Positions 39,355 through 51,800 of a stretch of DNA of 64,000 nt are shown piece after piece. The DNA comes from Squalus acanthias. Its lineage: Eukaryota. Position 1 is the first letter of the stretch. Each line of letters opens with the position of its first letter. The position numbers and the translations under genes are program-made. The stretch lies in assembly GCA_030390025.1 (NCBI GenBank), contig CM059431.1, positions 145,516,001 through 145,580,000 on the forward strand. Reading direction: 5' to 3'. The notes under the pieces were generated by a model. That model was not told the DNA's origin, made no database searches, and was given only the letters and a program-made list of their open reading frames with translations.

Positions 39355-39682
39355 GCCTGTCTATCTCCCATTGAAGCCTCCTTGCATCCTCCTCACAACT
39401 TACATTCCCAGTCAGGTTTATATCATCAGCAAACTTGAATATATTACATCTGGTCCCCTCATCCAAATCATTGATGGAGATTGTGAATAGCTGAGAACCA
39501 AGCACTGATCCTTGCAGTACCCCACTAGTTCGAGAATGCCAACCCGAAAATGACACGTTTATTCCTACTCTCTCTTTTCTGTCCATTAACCAATCCTCAA
39601 TCCATGCTAATATATTACCCCCAATCCAATGAGCCCGAATTATGTTTAATAAACTCTTGTGTGGCACCTTATCGAATGCCAG

Positions 39683-42450
39683 TTCTCACCTAAGTTATTG
39701 GTGGAATAGGATCGAGGGACTGAATGGCCTCAAATTGATCCTATTAGTCTATGGTTTTGTATTACCGATATTTCTATCGTGTGTTCATTATCTGGAAACA
39801 ATATTAACAATCTATCACATACACGCTCTTTCTAAACTGTTATAAGATGAATAAACCTTTCTCAAGTAATTAGAACTAGCAGAACCACTGCCATTTGGAA
39901 CGAGTGAAAGGCTTCACTAGAACTTTGATGTCTGAGGTGTAACAGGAAATGAATGTGACAGGTAATTTGTTGGGCCAACAGTAAATGTGAATCTTACAGG
40001 AAGTCATGGAGTCATAGAGTTATACAGCACAGGAAGAGGCCCTTCAGCACATCGTGTCCACGCCCGCCACCAAGCCCTGTCTATTCTAATCCCATTTTCA
40101 AGCACTTGGTCCGTAGCCTTGTATGCTATGGCGTTTCAAGTGCTCATCTAAATGCTTCTTGAATCTTTTGAGGGTTCCTGCCTGTGCCACTGTTTCAGGC
40201 AGTGAGCTCCAGATTACAACCACCTTTGGGTGAAAACGTTTTTCCTCAAATCCACTCTAAACCTCCTGCCCCCTACCTTAAAGCTATGCCCCCTTGTTAT
40301 TGACCTTGTAATAAGTGGAAAAGTTCCTTTCTATCTACCCTATCTATGCCCCTCATAATTTTGTACACCTCAATCAGGTCCACCCTCAGCCTACGCTGCT
40401 CTAAGGAAAACAATCCCAACCTGTCCAGTCTCTCTTCATAGCTGAAGCGCTCCAGCCCAGGTAATATCCTGGTGAATATCTCTCTGCAGAATCCTCTGCA
40501 GCCTCTCCAATGCAATCACATCCTTCATATAGTGTGGCGAACAGAACTGCACACAATATTCCAGCTGTGGCCTAACTAACGTTTTGTACAGCTCCATCAG
40601 AACCTCCCTGCTCTTATATTCTATGCCTCGGCTAATGAAAGCATGTATCCCATATGCCTTTTTAAACATCTTGTCTACCTGTCCTGCTGCCTTCAGGGAT
40701 CTATGTACATGCACACCAAGGTGCCTCTGATCCTGTATCCTTTCTAGGGTTCTACCATTCATTGTGCATTCCCCTGCCTTGTTAGTCCTTCCAAAATGCA
40801 TCACCTCACACTTTTCAGGGATCAATTCCATTTGCCACTGTTCAGCCCATCTAACCAAACCGTCTTTATCGTCCTGTAGCCTAAGGCTTCCCTCCTCGTT
40901 ATTTACCACTCCACCAATGTTCGTGTCATCTGCGAACTTACTGTTCATACCTTCTACATTCATATCTAAATCATTAATGTAAACTACAAACAGCAAAGGA
41001 CCCAGCACCGATCCCTGCGGTACAACACTGGACACAGGCTTCCAGTGTGCTTTACAAACAAGAATTAATTCATTACTAGTGAATCTTGATGGCATTGCTC
41101 AAATTCAGACTGATGAACTGGAATGTCTTTTCACTGCGTCTGTAGGAAGAGGCCAGAACGGCAGGCAGACATGTGCAAATGTTGAAACATATGCGAACAC
41201 CTGGAGCAATATTCACTTTTCAAAAAGTGGATGAAACAGGATTTATTAATATAAGAAGCATTATTAAACCATGGCAAGAGGACGTATTACGAATTATGTG
41301 TATCCATATAACCTACTGCTCCTAAACAACAGCTTTATAATCTTATTTTAATATTGTGGACATTGTATTAAAACTGTTCAGAAGATCTCCCTACTGCTGG
41401 ACTGCCGAATACACAGACAGGAGTTTACACTGAATGTTTCACGGTCTTTCGGATATAAATTGTAGCCAAGGCCTCTTGTACTGAGATCTGACAGATTGTT
41501 ACCCTGGCAGCAGAGGAAGTCACTCGGCGAAAATAACTGAACACGGAAGTAACAAAACCAACATCACCTGTTCAAATTTAGTTAAGAACATTAACCCTGA
41601 ACATTCAGACAGTTTTTCTAACCATGAAGCTGCGATTCCAATAATGGAATTTTTACACCACCAGAGCTGACACTGCGGGTTTACAGAATCCACCGTCAGT
41701 TCCAGCTGTACAGAACATTAAGCAGCGCGGCATCTACAGAAATACATCAATAAATAGTCACATTTTTAGAAATAGACCCCGTCACCTCTGAAAATCTAAT
41801 TGTCATAAACTATCTAAATCTATTACTGTTAACAGTGACCAATTAAATTGCTGCCAAAATACTGAATTCGATGGCAAAACATTTGGCAGTCACCTTCTTT
41901 ACACATCGGAATGTTATAACATTTGAATTTACAGGTCATTTCATGAAACTCCAGTTCCTGTTTAAAGGACTGAAACATCTTGTTTTTATTTCCTGTTAAA
42001 ATAAGATCCCCACAATAATCGCGTGACTGTATTGCAAGAGCAGGGAAATAAATCTAAAAAGTATGAGACAAACACCGCTCTCAGTTTAACAACAAGAATC
42101 CTCGGCCGACGCAGGGAGCTGGATCAGGAGACCACAGGGCATCAGCTCCCGATCACATTGCTGCACGGGAAGCCAGAGATGGCCACACCATGGACTGATT
42201 TACTTCACTTGACGCTGTACCACGTGATTCGCCAGTTTGTCACCACCCCACACCAACACCATAAAGCATCCGTACAACGAGCAAGCCATTCCTTTCGAAG
42301 TCATCACCATTGCGGGGGTTGGGGACGGGGCGGTGCTACCGTAATGTCACACCATTCAGTGCAACTCAGTAAGACACATCAAAAGTTCCACACAAAACTG
42401 TCCAAGAAGGCAAAGTTTTAAAAATAAAGATTTCAGTGTTTGGCGGCACA
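39683..42450. repeat. Triplicated segment, copy 3
   Basis: Same landmarks as copies 1 and 2; lacks the terminal CR1. Confidence 0.88.
40005..41043 (-). mobile_element. 5'-truncated CR1 (different subfamily) inserted in copy 3
   Basis: ORF 40436-41095 [19 protein letters not shown]...KFADDT; tail GTCATAGAG; flanks GGAAGT| and |AGTGTGCTTT versus the empty site GGAAGTGTGCTTT at about 27911. Confidence 0.92.
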
Positions 42451-42723
42451 TCATTCGAAAGACGACACATTCGACAATGCAGCAGTCACTCAGTCATTTC
42501 TGATTATGTGCTCAAAACCTTGGTGTGGATCTTGAAACTACGACCGTTAGACTCGAGAGTGATTCTGGGCTTGTCCGGGACAAGGAATCATGGTAAGGTA
42601 AGACGACCAAACAGCGCAATGTATCAGAACGTTTCGAGCTATTCCCCAGGCTCGCTCACACACGAAAATCCCTCAAATAAACACAGTTCGTCTGTTGCCT
42701 TTCATTCAGGCCCTTGCTAGCAG

Positions 42724-43130
42724 GTGATCAATAATACATTGGATGTAGCTGTAGTTTTAATATATTTCAATTCCCCATGCCTGTAGTGATCAATATTACA
42801 ATTGTGTATACCTGTAGTTTTAACATATTGCAATTCCCCATGTCTGTGTGATCAATATTACAATTGGATATACCTGTAGTTTTAACATATTGCAATTCCC
42901 TATGTCTGTGTGATCAATATTACAATTGGATATACCTGTAGTTTTAACATATTACAATTCCCTATGTCTGTGGTGATCAACGTATCACAATAGGATATTT
43001 CTGTAATTTTTATTTAATTATCATCCCTGATGCCTGCAGTCATCACGGTATCACAATCCACTTCCTGCAGTTATTAAACTATTACAATTCCTCATGCTTG
43101 CAGCTACAGTTATATTACAATTCTACAAAT
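42724..43130. repeat. 62-bp AT-rich tandem repeat, about 5-6 copies
   Basis: GTGATCAA starts at 42724, 42786, 42848, 42910, 42973. Confidence 0.9.
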
Positions 43131-43726
43131 TATTTTGTTATCAATGTTACAATATTTAAAGACTTACACATGTTCCATTTGAATGGGAGGAAGGGGCAAA
43201 TTGAATCTTGTCTTCGGTGTGAACAAGAGACAGTTTGGAATCTCAAAGAGAGAGAATGATAAACACCCAGGTCAAGAGTTTGTCCATACCTGGATATGGG
43301 ACGTGCAGCTCAGACACCAGATACCACAGTAAAATAAAAAGATTGTCCCATGCTTTAGAGTACAATAAACAATGCTTATGGGGAGAGTTAGAGACCTAAA
43401 GGATTAGAAGGTAATGTAAATATGTCAAGTGAGGCATCAGCTTGGTGGAATAATGTTATAGTTTTGCAGCCCAAGGTAGCCGAATAGTATAAGTGTAGAA
43501 TCTGTACCCTCCAAAAGTTAGTGCGCTCTCGTGGATAGCCGGAATTCCTTTCACTGTAACGATATCCCATGAAACATAACAAGATTGATCAGCTTGAATG
43601 GGAATTCGCGCAGGAAAAAGGTTGTGCTACTTGCTCGCCATTAATTACAATACACTTGTAATTCATTATTTAAAAATAATATAATTAATTAATTTATTGT
43701 AATTCCTGTCGTTTTATTCTAACTCC

Positions 43727-44100
43727 CACAACTCTCAAAGCCCTCAGCCCCGGGGCTGTGGTTTAGTTTGGTGTTTTTCCTCACAGTTAATGTCCGGGCA
43801 CCTGAAAATTCTGCATTTTCACTCATTTTGGCAGAAGTACGCCATTGTCTCTTCAAACTGCAGAATAACCCACACAAACCTCCAAGCCTGGAACATCCCG
43901 TGGATTATGACTCGGTTCAATACATTCACTGGGGTTTATATCCCGGACACTTCCCTGTATTATGACACTGTTCAGTACCTTGCCTGGGGTTTATATCCCA
44001 GTCCATCCCGTCTATGATGACCCTGTTCAGTAACTTCCCTGGGGTTTATATCCCTGGCCATCCCTTGTATTATGACCCGTTTCAGTACATTCCCCGGGAG
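43727..44100. repeat. Paralog of 23041-23450 with ~48-bp GGGGTTTATATCCC repeats
   Basis: GGGGTTTATATCCC at 43931, 43986 and 44041; upstream similarity to 23041. Confidence 0.75.
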
Positions 44101-46019
44101 CTGATGCTGACAGCAATCTGCCCTCCTTGTTCCTGCCGGTTGCAGTTTAAAAAACCAAACGCCCGCCTGTGAAACTGAAGGTAAATGATTTTGCAGCCTG
44201 GTACAGGATTACAGGTGGTAAATTACGGCTGGTGAGTGAACATTAAACGGACAGTCGGTTCCAATCTCCGACCTGCAGAGCTCGGCCTGCTTAACTTTTC
44301 ATCGGCATTTAGACCGAGAACAGTGGGTATTTAGTTTAAGTTCACACTTGAACACTGATTTTTGTGTTAATTCCATCGTCGAAGACTGCAACAGCGCTCC
44401 CTGTGGTGGAGCCGAGTATCTCTGACAGCAGCTTCTGGATTTGCGCATTTAACTACGCATGTGTGGACGCCAGAATAAGCCTTCAGTTTAAGCCAGTAAC
44501 AATGGCCCGGGCTGACAGCATCGCCGTCCTTACTACCGCAAATTCTGGGCCTATGTGTGTAACTGGACTTGGTCGAACACAATAAACAGATTTGTAGTTG
44601 CAAATCATATTTTGGTGTCAGAATCGAACTGTTTAAAACTCATAAACCTGTTAATTGATATCGCGCTATTTTTACTCTGCACCTGCTGTGATCTGTGGGG
44701 AATGTCCATGTTCTGAGATGAATATAGCTTCAGTGTCAGGTAACAGAATGTCCAGGTAGCAATTCCCGCAGTGAATTCCCCTGGTAGAGCCGGACTGTGT
44801 AAATCAGTGAGGACAGGACGTTGCCTGGAGTGGAACGGAGAGGCTCCGCAGGACGTTGACATCATTCTGGGGAGTGCCTCTCTTTGGGTTGAATTATAAT
44901 GAGGCGGCCAAAGCTGCAGCTCGTGGTCTAACTGTGGCCGAACCAAAGCCTCGCCCAAATGAATTATTACTTGTTACTGTTGCGTTCAAAGTCCCTCTCT
45001 GTCAAACTCGAATTCCTGCTGCTTTTATTATGGGTTTATTCTCTGTACCCGTACTATCAGGGAATGAAGTCTTTGAATCCAGAGATCTCGCTGTTCATCC
45101 TCGCCTTTCTTTCCATTAGGACCTTGTTCCCACTGCTTGTTATTCAAACCGGAATGTCAGGGTAGATCAACTGTGAACAACTAGGAACTGATTCAAACTG
45201 GTGACATTTTCTCAATGAGTTGGGACAATATCTGTCCAGGAGATCAAACAATACTCAACAAATATACTTTATAAGGACCTTTCAAGGTTCAGCTAAACTC
45301 CGACTGCTTAGCATCAATTTGATAGAGGAATTTTCACAGTATGTTTTTGCAAAACCGTTGCCTCAAGTGTTATCACTATTAATTTAATTCATTCTAATTT
45401 TACATATTTTACCACTTTTATTGCCCAGGATTCCTTTAATCGCTAGCGACAGCGCCAATCACGTGCAGCCTTCATTTTCCAATGAAACAATTTCATTTTA
45501 AGTAAGTATCTGTAAACAGAGATGATTGATGTCACATTGACGGGTTAAGTCCCTACTCTCTTCATTATTTGACATTGATCAGGAGACAGGCTCCGTTCAA
45601 TTGAGACAGGAGACAATGGGATCTGATGGGGAGACCGAAGTCTGCATCATTCTCACCAAACTTCCAGAACAGTTACAAATAATTACGATGAAAGACCCCT
45701 GGCTGTTTCTGCACTAATGAAAGTTGTAGTCATCAATGAATCTGCCGGGTCTTATTCCAGTACCTGCGGTGTGAGGCAGAGGAGGCTGATGCCCACATGT
45801 TCTACTGCACTGCTGAAGCTCAATCACGCCTGTTCTCTTTGAATGTTCAGGTTAAAAGGTGCTGACTTACAAGAAAAAATATGTTCACTCGACGACAGAA
45901 GCGAGAAAACGCTAGGAAAGCTAATATGAAAGGGCTCCTACAAAACAGAAGAAATTACATATAAATACATAGATATTAAAGCACAGGATAAGCCAGTCCG
46001 CCTAACTTAACTATTCCGA

Positions 46020-46300
46020 TTTTGTGCTCCAGAAAAGCCTACTTCCACGCTACATCATCTACCCCTATCAGCACATCCCTCTGTTCCTTTCTCCCTCAAG
46101 GACTTATCTAGCTACCCCTTTAATGCATCTATGCTATTCGGCTCGAGGACTCCATGTGGTAGCAAGTTCCACATTCTATTCACTCTGGGTAAAGAAGCTT
46201 TTCCTAAATTCCTTATTGGATTTATTAATGACTATCTTATATTTAAAACCTCTTTTGTTGAACTCCTCTAAAGTTGGAAACATCTTCTCTAGATCTACCA
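46020..46300 (-). mobile_element. Degenerate CR1 3' fragment
   Basis: CACTCTGGGTAAAGAAG and TTCCACATTCT correspond to the FFTQRVV/WN region. Confidence 0.65.
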
Positions 46301-46571
46301 CTTCACTTTTGGAAATAATCGTTTAATTATATGTTTTTAAGCTGTCTGATAACCATTTCAACTATTTGTCTGAAGTCGATGTATCAGATGAAAACTAAAC
46401 ATTAACCTCAGTTTACTTGTTAAATGACTGTAACTAATACTATAATGATGCAGCCTGATTGCCTCCCTGGAGGATTGATGTGAGGATAAATACAGATTCC
46501 CTTCCATTGCGTCAGCCGTGCGCCAGTCAGAGTCTTTCAGCTACGACAGAATTCTTCCATTCTCACAGAAA

Positions 46572-47935
46572 ATGGGGCGACCAGCTATTCTGCTGATAAA
46601 AAGAGATTTTCTACCCGATTATTGCAGCCGTCGATGTCACCGGTGAGCCATTGTAACCTGTTTATTGTTAATCAGTGTTTAATGCCTTCCTATTCTTAGA
46701 GCCTGTTGGATAAGGTAAAGTGTTTCCCTGATGTCAGCACAGTCGGTAGTTACCGGGACAAACTCGTGAACCGAGTGTCCACACTTTCCGTGACCTCCTC
46801 AATCCTTACTCACGTTCCGATGTTCCTTGAAGGTCCACAACAAGGATTTTAGCGGAGTGAGCAGCAGCTCATTAAAATGTGTGGGTGAGTTTCCCAGGTA
46901 ATGGCTCCAATACTAATCCTGTTCTCACATTTCTCCTTGTTGATAATCACACTGAATGGAGCAAAATGCTCTCCACAGGGATCTCCATATTTATTTCAAT
47001 CAGACACTGGAACATTATTTCTCTCCTCTCTCTTTCTTACAGAGAACTTGGTGACAATGGTGATTCTCTCCCGAGGAAACTGCGGCCTTTCTACATGGTG
47101 GCCATGGCAACAGCATAAGTACTGGTCATGATCTGAAATGTAATGGTGTATTATATTATATTTTCATTTATCACTTTCCACTTTCATTCCTGTCCCACAT
47201 TCCCGTGTGTAAGTTTATTCTATACAAGTCTGCTGTCACCCTCGATTTGTCTGTTTGGTTCACCGTCTCCTTCACATTTGACCGATTTGTAGTTATCTGC
47301 AGGCAGAAGTTTAAAATAAAGTATTGCACGGAGAGAACTGCAGCCGCGGTTATAACAACGTTCTCGATCCTGATCGTATTAAAATACAGCCCCGTACTGT
47401 TTGCCTATGAACATCAGCTAATAATGAACAAGGTGCAGTGGGTATGCCGGCAAGTGTGGCTTTTTTTCCCTCATCTCTAGGTGTAGCCGACATCTGGTTT
47501 CACAGCGCCTGGGTCGTTTGATTTCCTCTTACTTTGATTGTCTTGTTAAATTAGTTGACAGTCAGATGGATTATAGTGGTCAGTAAAGCCAGAACGGGAT
47601 TCCGGGGTCACAGGAGTGAGAATCAGTGTGATCCAGAGACGGAGAACCGAAGGAAATCCATCATTTTACTCTTCACTATGTCAAGTAGTTTTATACTGTT
47701 GTGGAAGACAAATGCCGTGAGTTTGGTAACTACCAGACTGACAAACACGACCTATTACAGAGGTGACCGCACAGACCCTGGATATATCGCCACTGAAACC
47801 GGAGCAATGTTGAAGTATTTGAGTTCCTGTCTAAACACGTGTATTGATGCAGCGACCCAGTGGAAATTCAGAGAAGAGCTGAAGAATGTGGTGAAATCTC
47901 CCTGGACACTGATTCTAAGATTAGCTGGAAAATGA
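46572..47935 (+). pseudogene. Two-exon class A GPCR pseudogene, GPR139/GPR142-like (exon 1 46572-46642, exon 2 47043-47935)
   Basis: Exon 1 MGRPAILLIK/EIFYPIIAAV followed by GTGAGC donor; polypyrimidine-ACAG acceptor; NLVTMVILSRGNCGLS, YMVAMATA, SVWFTVSFTFDRFVVIC, KYCTERTA, RRKSIILLF, LSSCLNTCI, KFREELK; several stops and frameshifts. Confidence 0.88.
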
Positions 47936-49069
47936 GAGGAAAAATAATCAAGTCAAACGAAAGTTTCTTCGTAATTAAAGCTCATTTTCAACACCATTTC
48001 CACCGTAGAGTGTCCTTCTTTCTGGTAATGTGAAAAATGGGAGAGTTCTTGTGTGAATCTTTCTTCCATTTTGTGGCATGCGTTTGATGACTGCTTTACT
48101 TCAGTTTTCTTCTTTTGCTGAGTATACATAACCTATTCCTGCAAATTTAGCACATTTCAAGTTCAGGGATCAAAGATAACAATGATGAGGATCAGCATAG
48201 GAGTCGGACATGTGGGCAACAGAGGAATCCATCTTACACTGCAGGTACTTGGATCTGGCGCGCCACCTTAAAATCATCAATTTCATTTGATGCCCAAACA
48301 ATCAGAGGTCTTGCGATCGCCGATATTGATAACTTCCCTTTAAGTTTGCTGTGAATATTGCAGGCGCGGGTCTCTCTATCGGACTCCATTCCTCATTGAC
48401 AAATAGAGCGTGCTCTTGTCACGTGATCAGTGCTCGAATGGAGGAAGCTGTCGGAACTCGGCTCATCGATGTGACCTTTCACCTCTTTTGTCCCAGACAC
48501 TGACTTAAATCTCGATTGTACAGTGTCTAGTGTCTCTCACTCAGTACAAAGCACATTAGTCTGCTCTTGTTTTGTGCTGTCGATAAAAGTATCATGAGTA
48601 ATATTATTGATATTGATTCTCAATCAATCTCCCAAACAAAATGGTAAAATATATGTAAAAATTAATGTCCATTCATATAGTTATTAACTATTACAATTGA
48701 TGTAAGTTATCGTTAAAAAAAACACTGCCAGAAATGTAGATAAAATCAAACTGATATTAAGTATTCTGTGTTTGGATGAACATTTGCAGACGGTCAGAAA
48801 AAATCTCTGGTCATTACCTGTCTTATTATGCGGTTCCACGCTGTTCCAAAAAGTAATTGAAAAATACCAAAAACTTTGAATCTGTTATAAATTGTTCATT
48901 GGTGATCTCGCTTGATTGAGTGAGAAACGCCAAGGAACGGAAGCAGAATCTCAATGGGAAGCAACTGAAGGGTGTGGCTGGACAGCGAGCGATCGGGATC
49001 CAAATACTCAATTCATAGAAAGTGCGTTTCCAGGTGGATAAATCCATGAGAAATCTAACAGAAATTTGT

Positions 49070-49660
49070 GTTATAGGGACAGGGACATAGATCACAAGAA
49101 TAATCAAGTGATGTTGAATCTTTACACAATACTGGTGAGGCCACCGTTAGAACACCAGGTACAGCTTCGGCCCCTCATTGTGGAAAGGCCATTAAATCCA
49201 CTGAGAGCGATTAGTGTAGATACACCAGGATGGTGCCATGGATCAGAACTCTACTGGTGATGAGGGAGAAGATATTGGGTCTACTTACACCGGAGCAGCG
49301 AAAGCTAAGTGTAGATTTAATAGAGCTTTTAAAAATTATGAATAGTTTTGACAGAGTGAAGAGGGAGGGATCATTCCATCTAGTTGGTGAGTCAGCGATA
49401 AAGGGCGATCGACTTTAAATGGTCACAAGGGGAATGAGCAGAGAGCTTAGCAGAAAAATATTTATGCAAAGGGTTGCTGGAGCATGGAATGTTGTGCCTC
49501 ATGGAATAGTTTAGGGAAAATTAGATGAATATTTGAAAAAGAGAAAATAAATGACTGTGGTGAGGCAGGAGGACAGTGCGGATAGTTTTCGATTGCTATA
49601 TCAAAGAACCCAGTAAAGATAGAATGGGTCAAATGACCTACTGCTGCCCAGTATCTATGG
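49070..49660 (+). mobile_element. Old CR1 3' fragment
   Basis: MLNLYTILVRPPLEH, DLIELLKIMNSFDRV; degenerate tail. Confidence 0.8.
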
Positions 49661-49896
49661 TTTTATCGTGTTACCTATGTTGGTATTATTTTTCTTGTTT
49701 TTCTTTCTAAGATACTCTCTGATTTCATTCGAAGCGGAATAGAACCATAGAATCAGAAAGCATCTAAGGAGACCATGCCGCCTAGTTAGATGGATATTGG
49801 AACATTTAAAGGACTAGCCTCTCCCAGCTCTTTGAAATAGGAATGCAAATCCCCTGCTCTTTCCCCACAGCCCAGCAACCGATTCTGTTACAAGTA

Positions 49897-50345
49897 TAGC
49901 TGTGGCTCAGTTGGTAGCACTCTCATCTCTGAGTCAGAAGGTTGTGGATTCATAGACCCAATCTAAAGAATTCATAACAAACATCTTGGTTTACAATCCA
50001 GTGCAGTACAGAGGGAGTGCTGCACTGTTGGACGTGCCGTATTTCGCATGAGATGTTAAACCGAGGCTCCGTATGCTCTCTTAGGTGGATGCAAAAGATA
50101 CTACGGCACTATTTCGAAGAAGAGCAGGGGAGATATTCCCGTTTCCTGTCCAATATTACTCCCTCCATCACCATCACGAAAACTGATTACCTGGCCATTA
50201 TCACATTGCTGTTTGTGGGAGCTTGCTGTCGCGTTTCCTACATTACAACGGTGACTACGCTCAAAAACTACTTCCTTGGCTGTAAAGCACTCTGGGAGGT
50301 CCGGTGGTCGGGACAGTTGCAATGTAAATGCAAGTCTTTATTTTT
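49897..50345 (+). mobile_element. tRNA-headed DeuSINE (SacSINE1/AmnSINE1-like)
   Basis: GTGGCTCAGTTGGTAGCACTCT head; CATTGCTGTTTGTGGGA...TTTCCTACATTACAAC...TTGGCTGTAAAGC body; AATGCAAGTCTT tail. Confidence 0.8.
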
Positions 50346-50384
50346 ATATATCTAAGTCCCTTTTAAAGTTAATATTTTCATAAA

Positions 50385-50820
50385 GGCGTCAGCAGTGGCT
50401 CTGTGGTAGCAATCTCGCCTCTGAATCAGATGGCAATGGGTTAAAGCCTCGCTCCAGATGCTTGAACACGAAATCAATGCTGACACCTCAATGCAGTACT
50501 CATTGTGTACTGCACTGTCGAAGGTGCCGTCTTACAGATGGCACTTTAAACCGAAGCCCTGTCTGCCGTCTAAGGAAGACATAAAATACCCCACAGCACT
50601 ATTTCTAAGAAGAGCAGCGAAGTTCTCCACAGTGTCCTGGACAATATCTATCCCTCAATAGCATCACTGAAACAGATTTTCTGCTCATTAACTCAGCGCT
50701 GTGTGTGAGACCTGCCTGTGTGCGATGGATGTCTCGCTTCCTACATTAAAACAGTTTCTACTTTTCAAAGTATTTCATTGGCAGTAAAACGCATTGAGAC
50801 GTCATGATGTCGTGAAACGT
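50385..50820 (+). mobile_element. Second, more degenerate DeuSINE copy in tandem
   Basis: GTGGCTCTGTGGTAGCAATCTCGCCTCTGAATCAGA head; TTCCTACATTAAAAC...TTCATTGGCAGTAAAACGC. Confidence 0.75.
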
Positions 50821-50946
50821 CAATCTGGATTTGTGATAGAAACGCGCTGTACAGGCTGGATTATAGGACAAGCAAATGTAATTTGTAGAGGGGGTAATGA
50901 TTCATGGCAGGAAGTGCCGATCCAATCGTGCCTTTTACCCACCTGA

Positions 50947-51020
50947 GGCCGGAAAGCTCAGTCGGTAGACCATATAACTTTGAATCCTGAGGATTCAGGA
51001 TTCAAGTCACTGTTAAGGCA
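50947..51020 (+). pseudogene. tRNA-Lys(TTT) pseudogene
   Basis: GGCCGGAAAGCTCAGTCGGTAGA...ACTTTGAATC...GGATTCAAGTCACTGTT aligns to vertebrate GCCCGGATAGCTCAGTCGGTAGAGCATCAGACTTTTAATCTGAGGGTCCAGGGTTCAAGTCCCTGTT; stems disrupted. Confidence 0.85.
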
Positions 51021-51220
51021 TCTCTTTTAAAACGTGATTCTCTTCTCCACATTCGTGCAGTAGCGACACCGCCGACAGCCGCCTCTCTGCAAAAAGTGAC
51101 AATGACGCAAAGTGGAAACATGCCTGGCTCGATCTGTCGGTCGAGCTTTCCATTCTTAATCTCAGAGCTGTGTATACGAGCGCTAAATTAGGCGAATATT
51201 GAAAGCTAAACTTTCCCTGA

Positions 51221-51289
51221 GTCTGGGTGGCCGAGCGGGCTAAGGTCGCAGTCTTTCTAGAGCCGTGGGTTCGAATCCCACATCTGATA
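51221..51289 (+). pseudogene. tRNA-Leu(CAG) pseudogene with the anticodon region deleted
   Basis: GTCTGGGTGGCCGAGCGGGCTAAGG joined to TCGCAGTCT...CGTGGGTTCGAATCCCACATCTGATA; B box intact. Confidence 0.85.
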
Positions 51290-51384
51290 TACTGACCTTT
51301 TCGCTTCTCCGTGGAGTTGTACTTTGTGAAATACGTCTGCAACTGCTTCTTCGGCCAGGTTTATTTGCTCCTTTCCGAAAACTA

Positions 51385-51800
51385 ACACTGGGATTCTTCT
51401 CCTTAGAGCAGAGAATATTGCGGAGAGACTGAATAGAGTTATTCAAAATAATGAGGGTTTTGATTTGGCAAGCAGGTGAGAAATGATTCCTCGGTGAGTG
51501 GATCGACAACCAGAGATCATAGATTTAAAATGATTGGCAAAAGAACTAGAGGGGACATTAGGAGAATTTTTTCACAGAGAGGGGTTTTTAAGATCTGGAA
51601 CGCATTACCAGAAAGGATGGTGGAATCAGATTCCATCGGAACTTTCAAAGGGCAATTGGACAAGTATTTGAAGATAACTAATTAGCAGGGTTATGGGGAA
51701 AAAGCTGGTGTGTGGGACTAAAGTGGAGAGTTCTTTCAAAGAACCGGCACAGGCAGGACGGGCCGAATGGCCTCATTCTGTGCTGTAAGATGCTATGATC
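51385..51800 (+). mobile_element. CR1 3' fragment
   Basis: TRDHRFKMIGKR...FSQRGVFKIWNALP; 3' end GGGCCGAATGGCCTC. Confidence 0.85.

Larger units (their letters stand above)
27596..39682. repeat. Triplicated segment, copy 2, expanded by nested insertions
   Basis: Same landmarks as copy 1; ends with the same CR1 truncation junction (TTATCGAATGCCAGTTCTCA) seen at about 27590 and 39680. Confidence 0.88.
30313..39682 (-). mobile_element. Host CR1 fragment split into 30313-30660, 34425-34911 and 39355-39682
   Basis: The joined pieces are colinear with the uninterrupted paralog at 26458-27593. Confidence 0.9.

Noticed and set aside
42625..42668. Hammerhead ribozyme-like motif on the minus strand (GAGC...GCTCGAAAC)
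   Set aside because: The CUGANGA core is missing and stems I and III are not evident.
49897..49960. Additional tRNA gene
   Set aside because: It is the tRNA-derived head of a SINE and continues into the SINE body.
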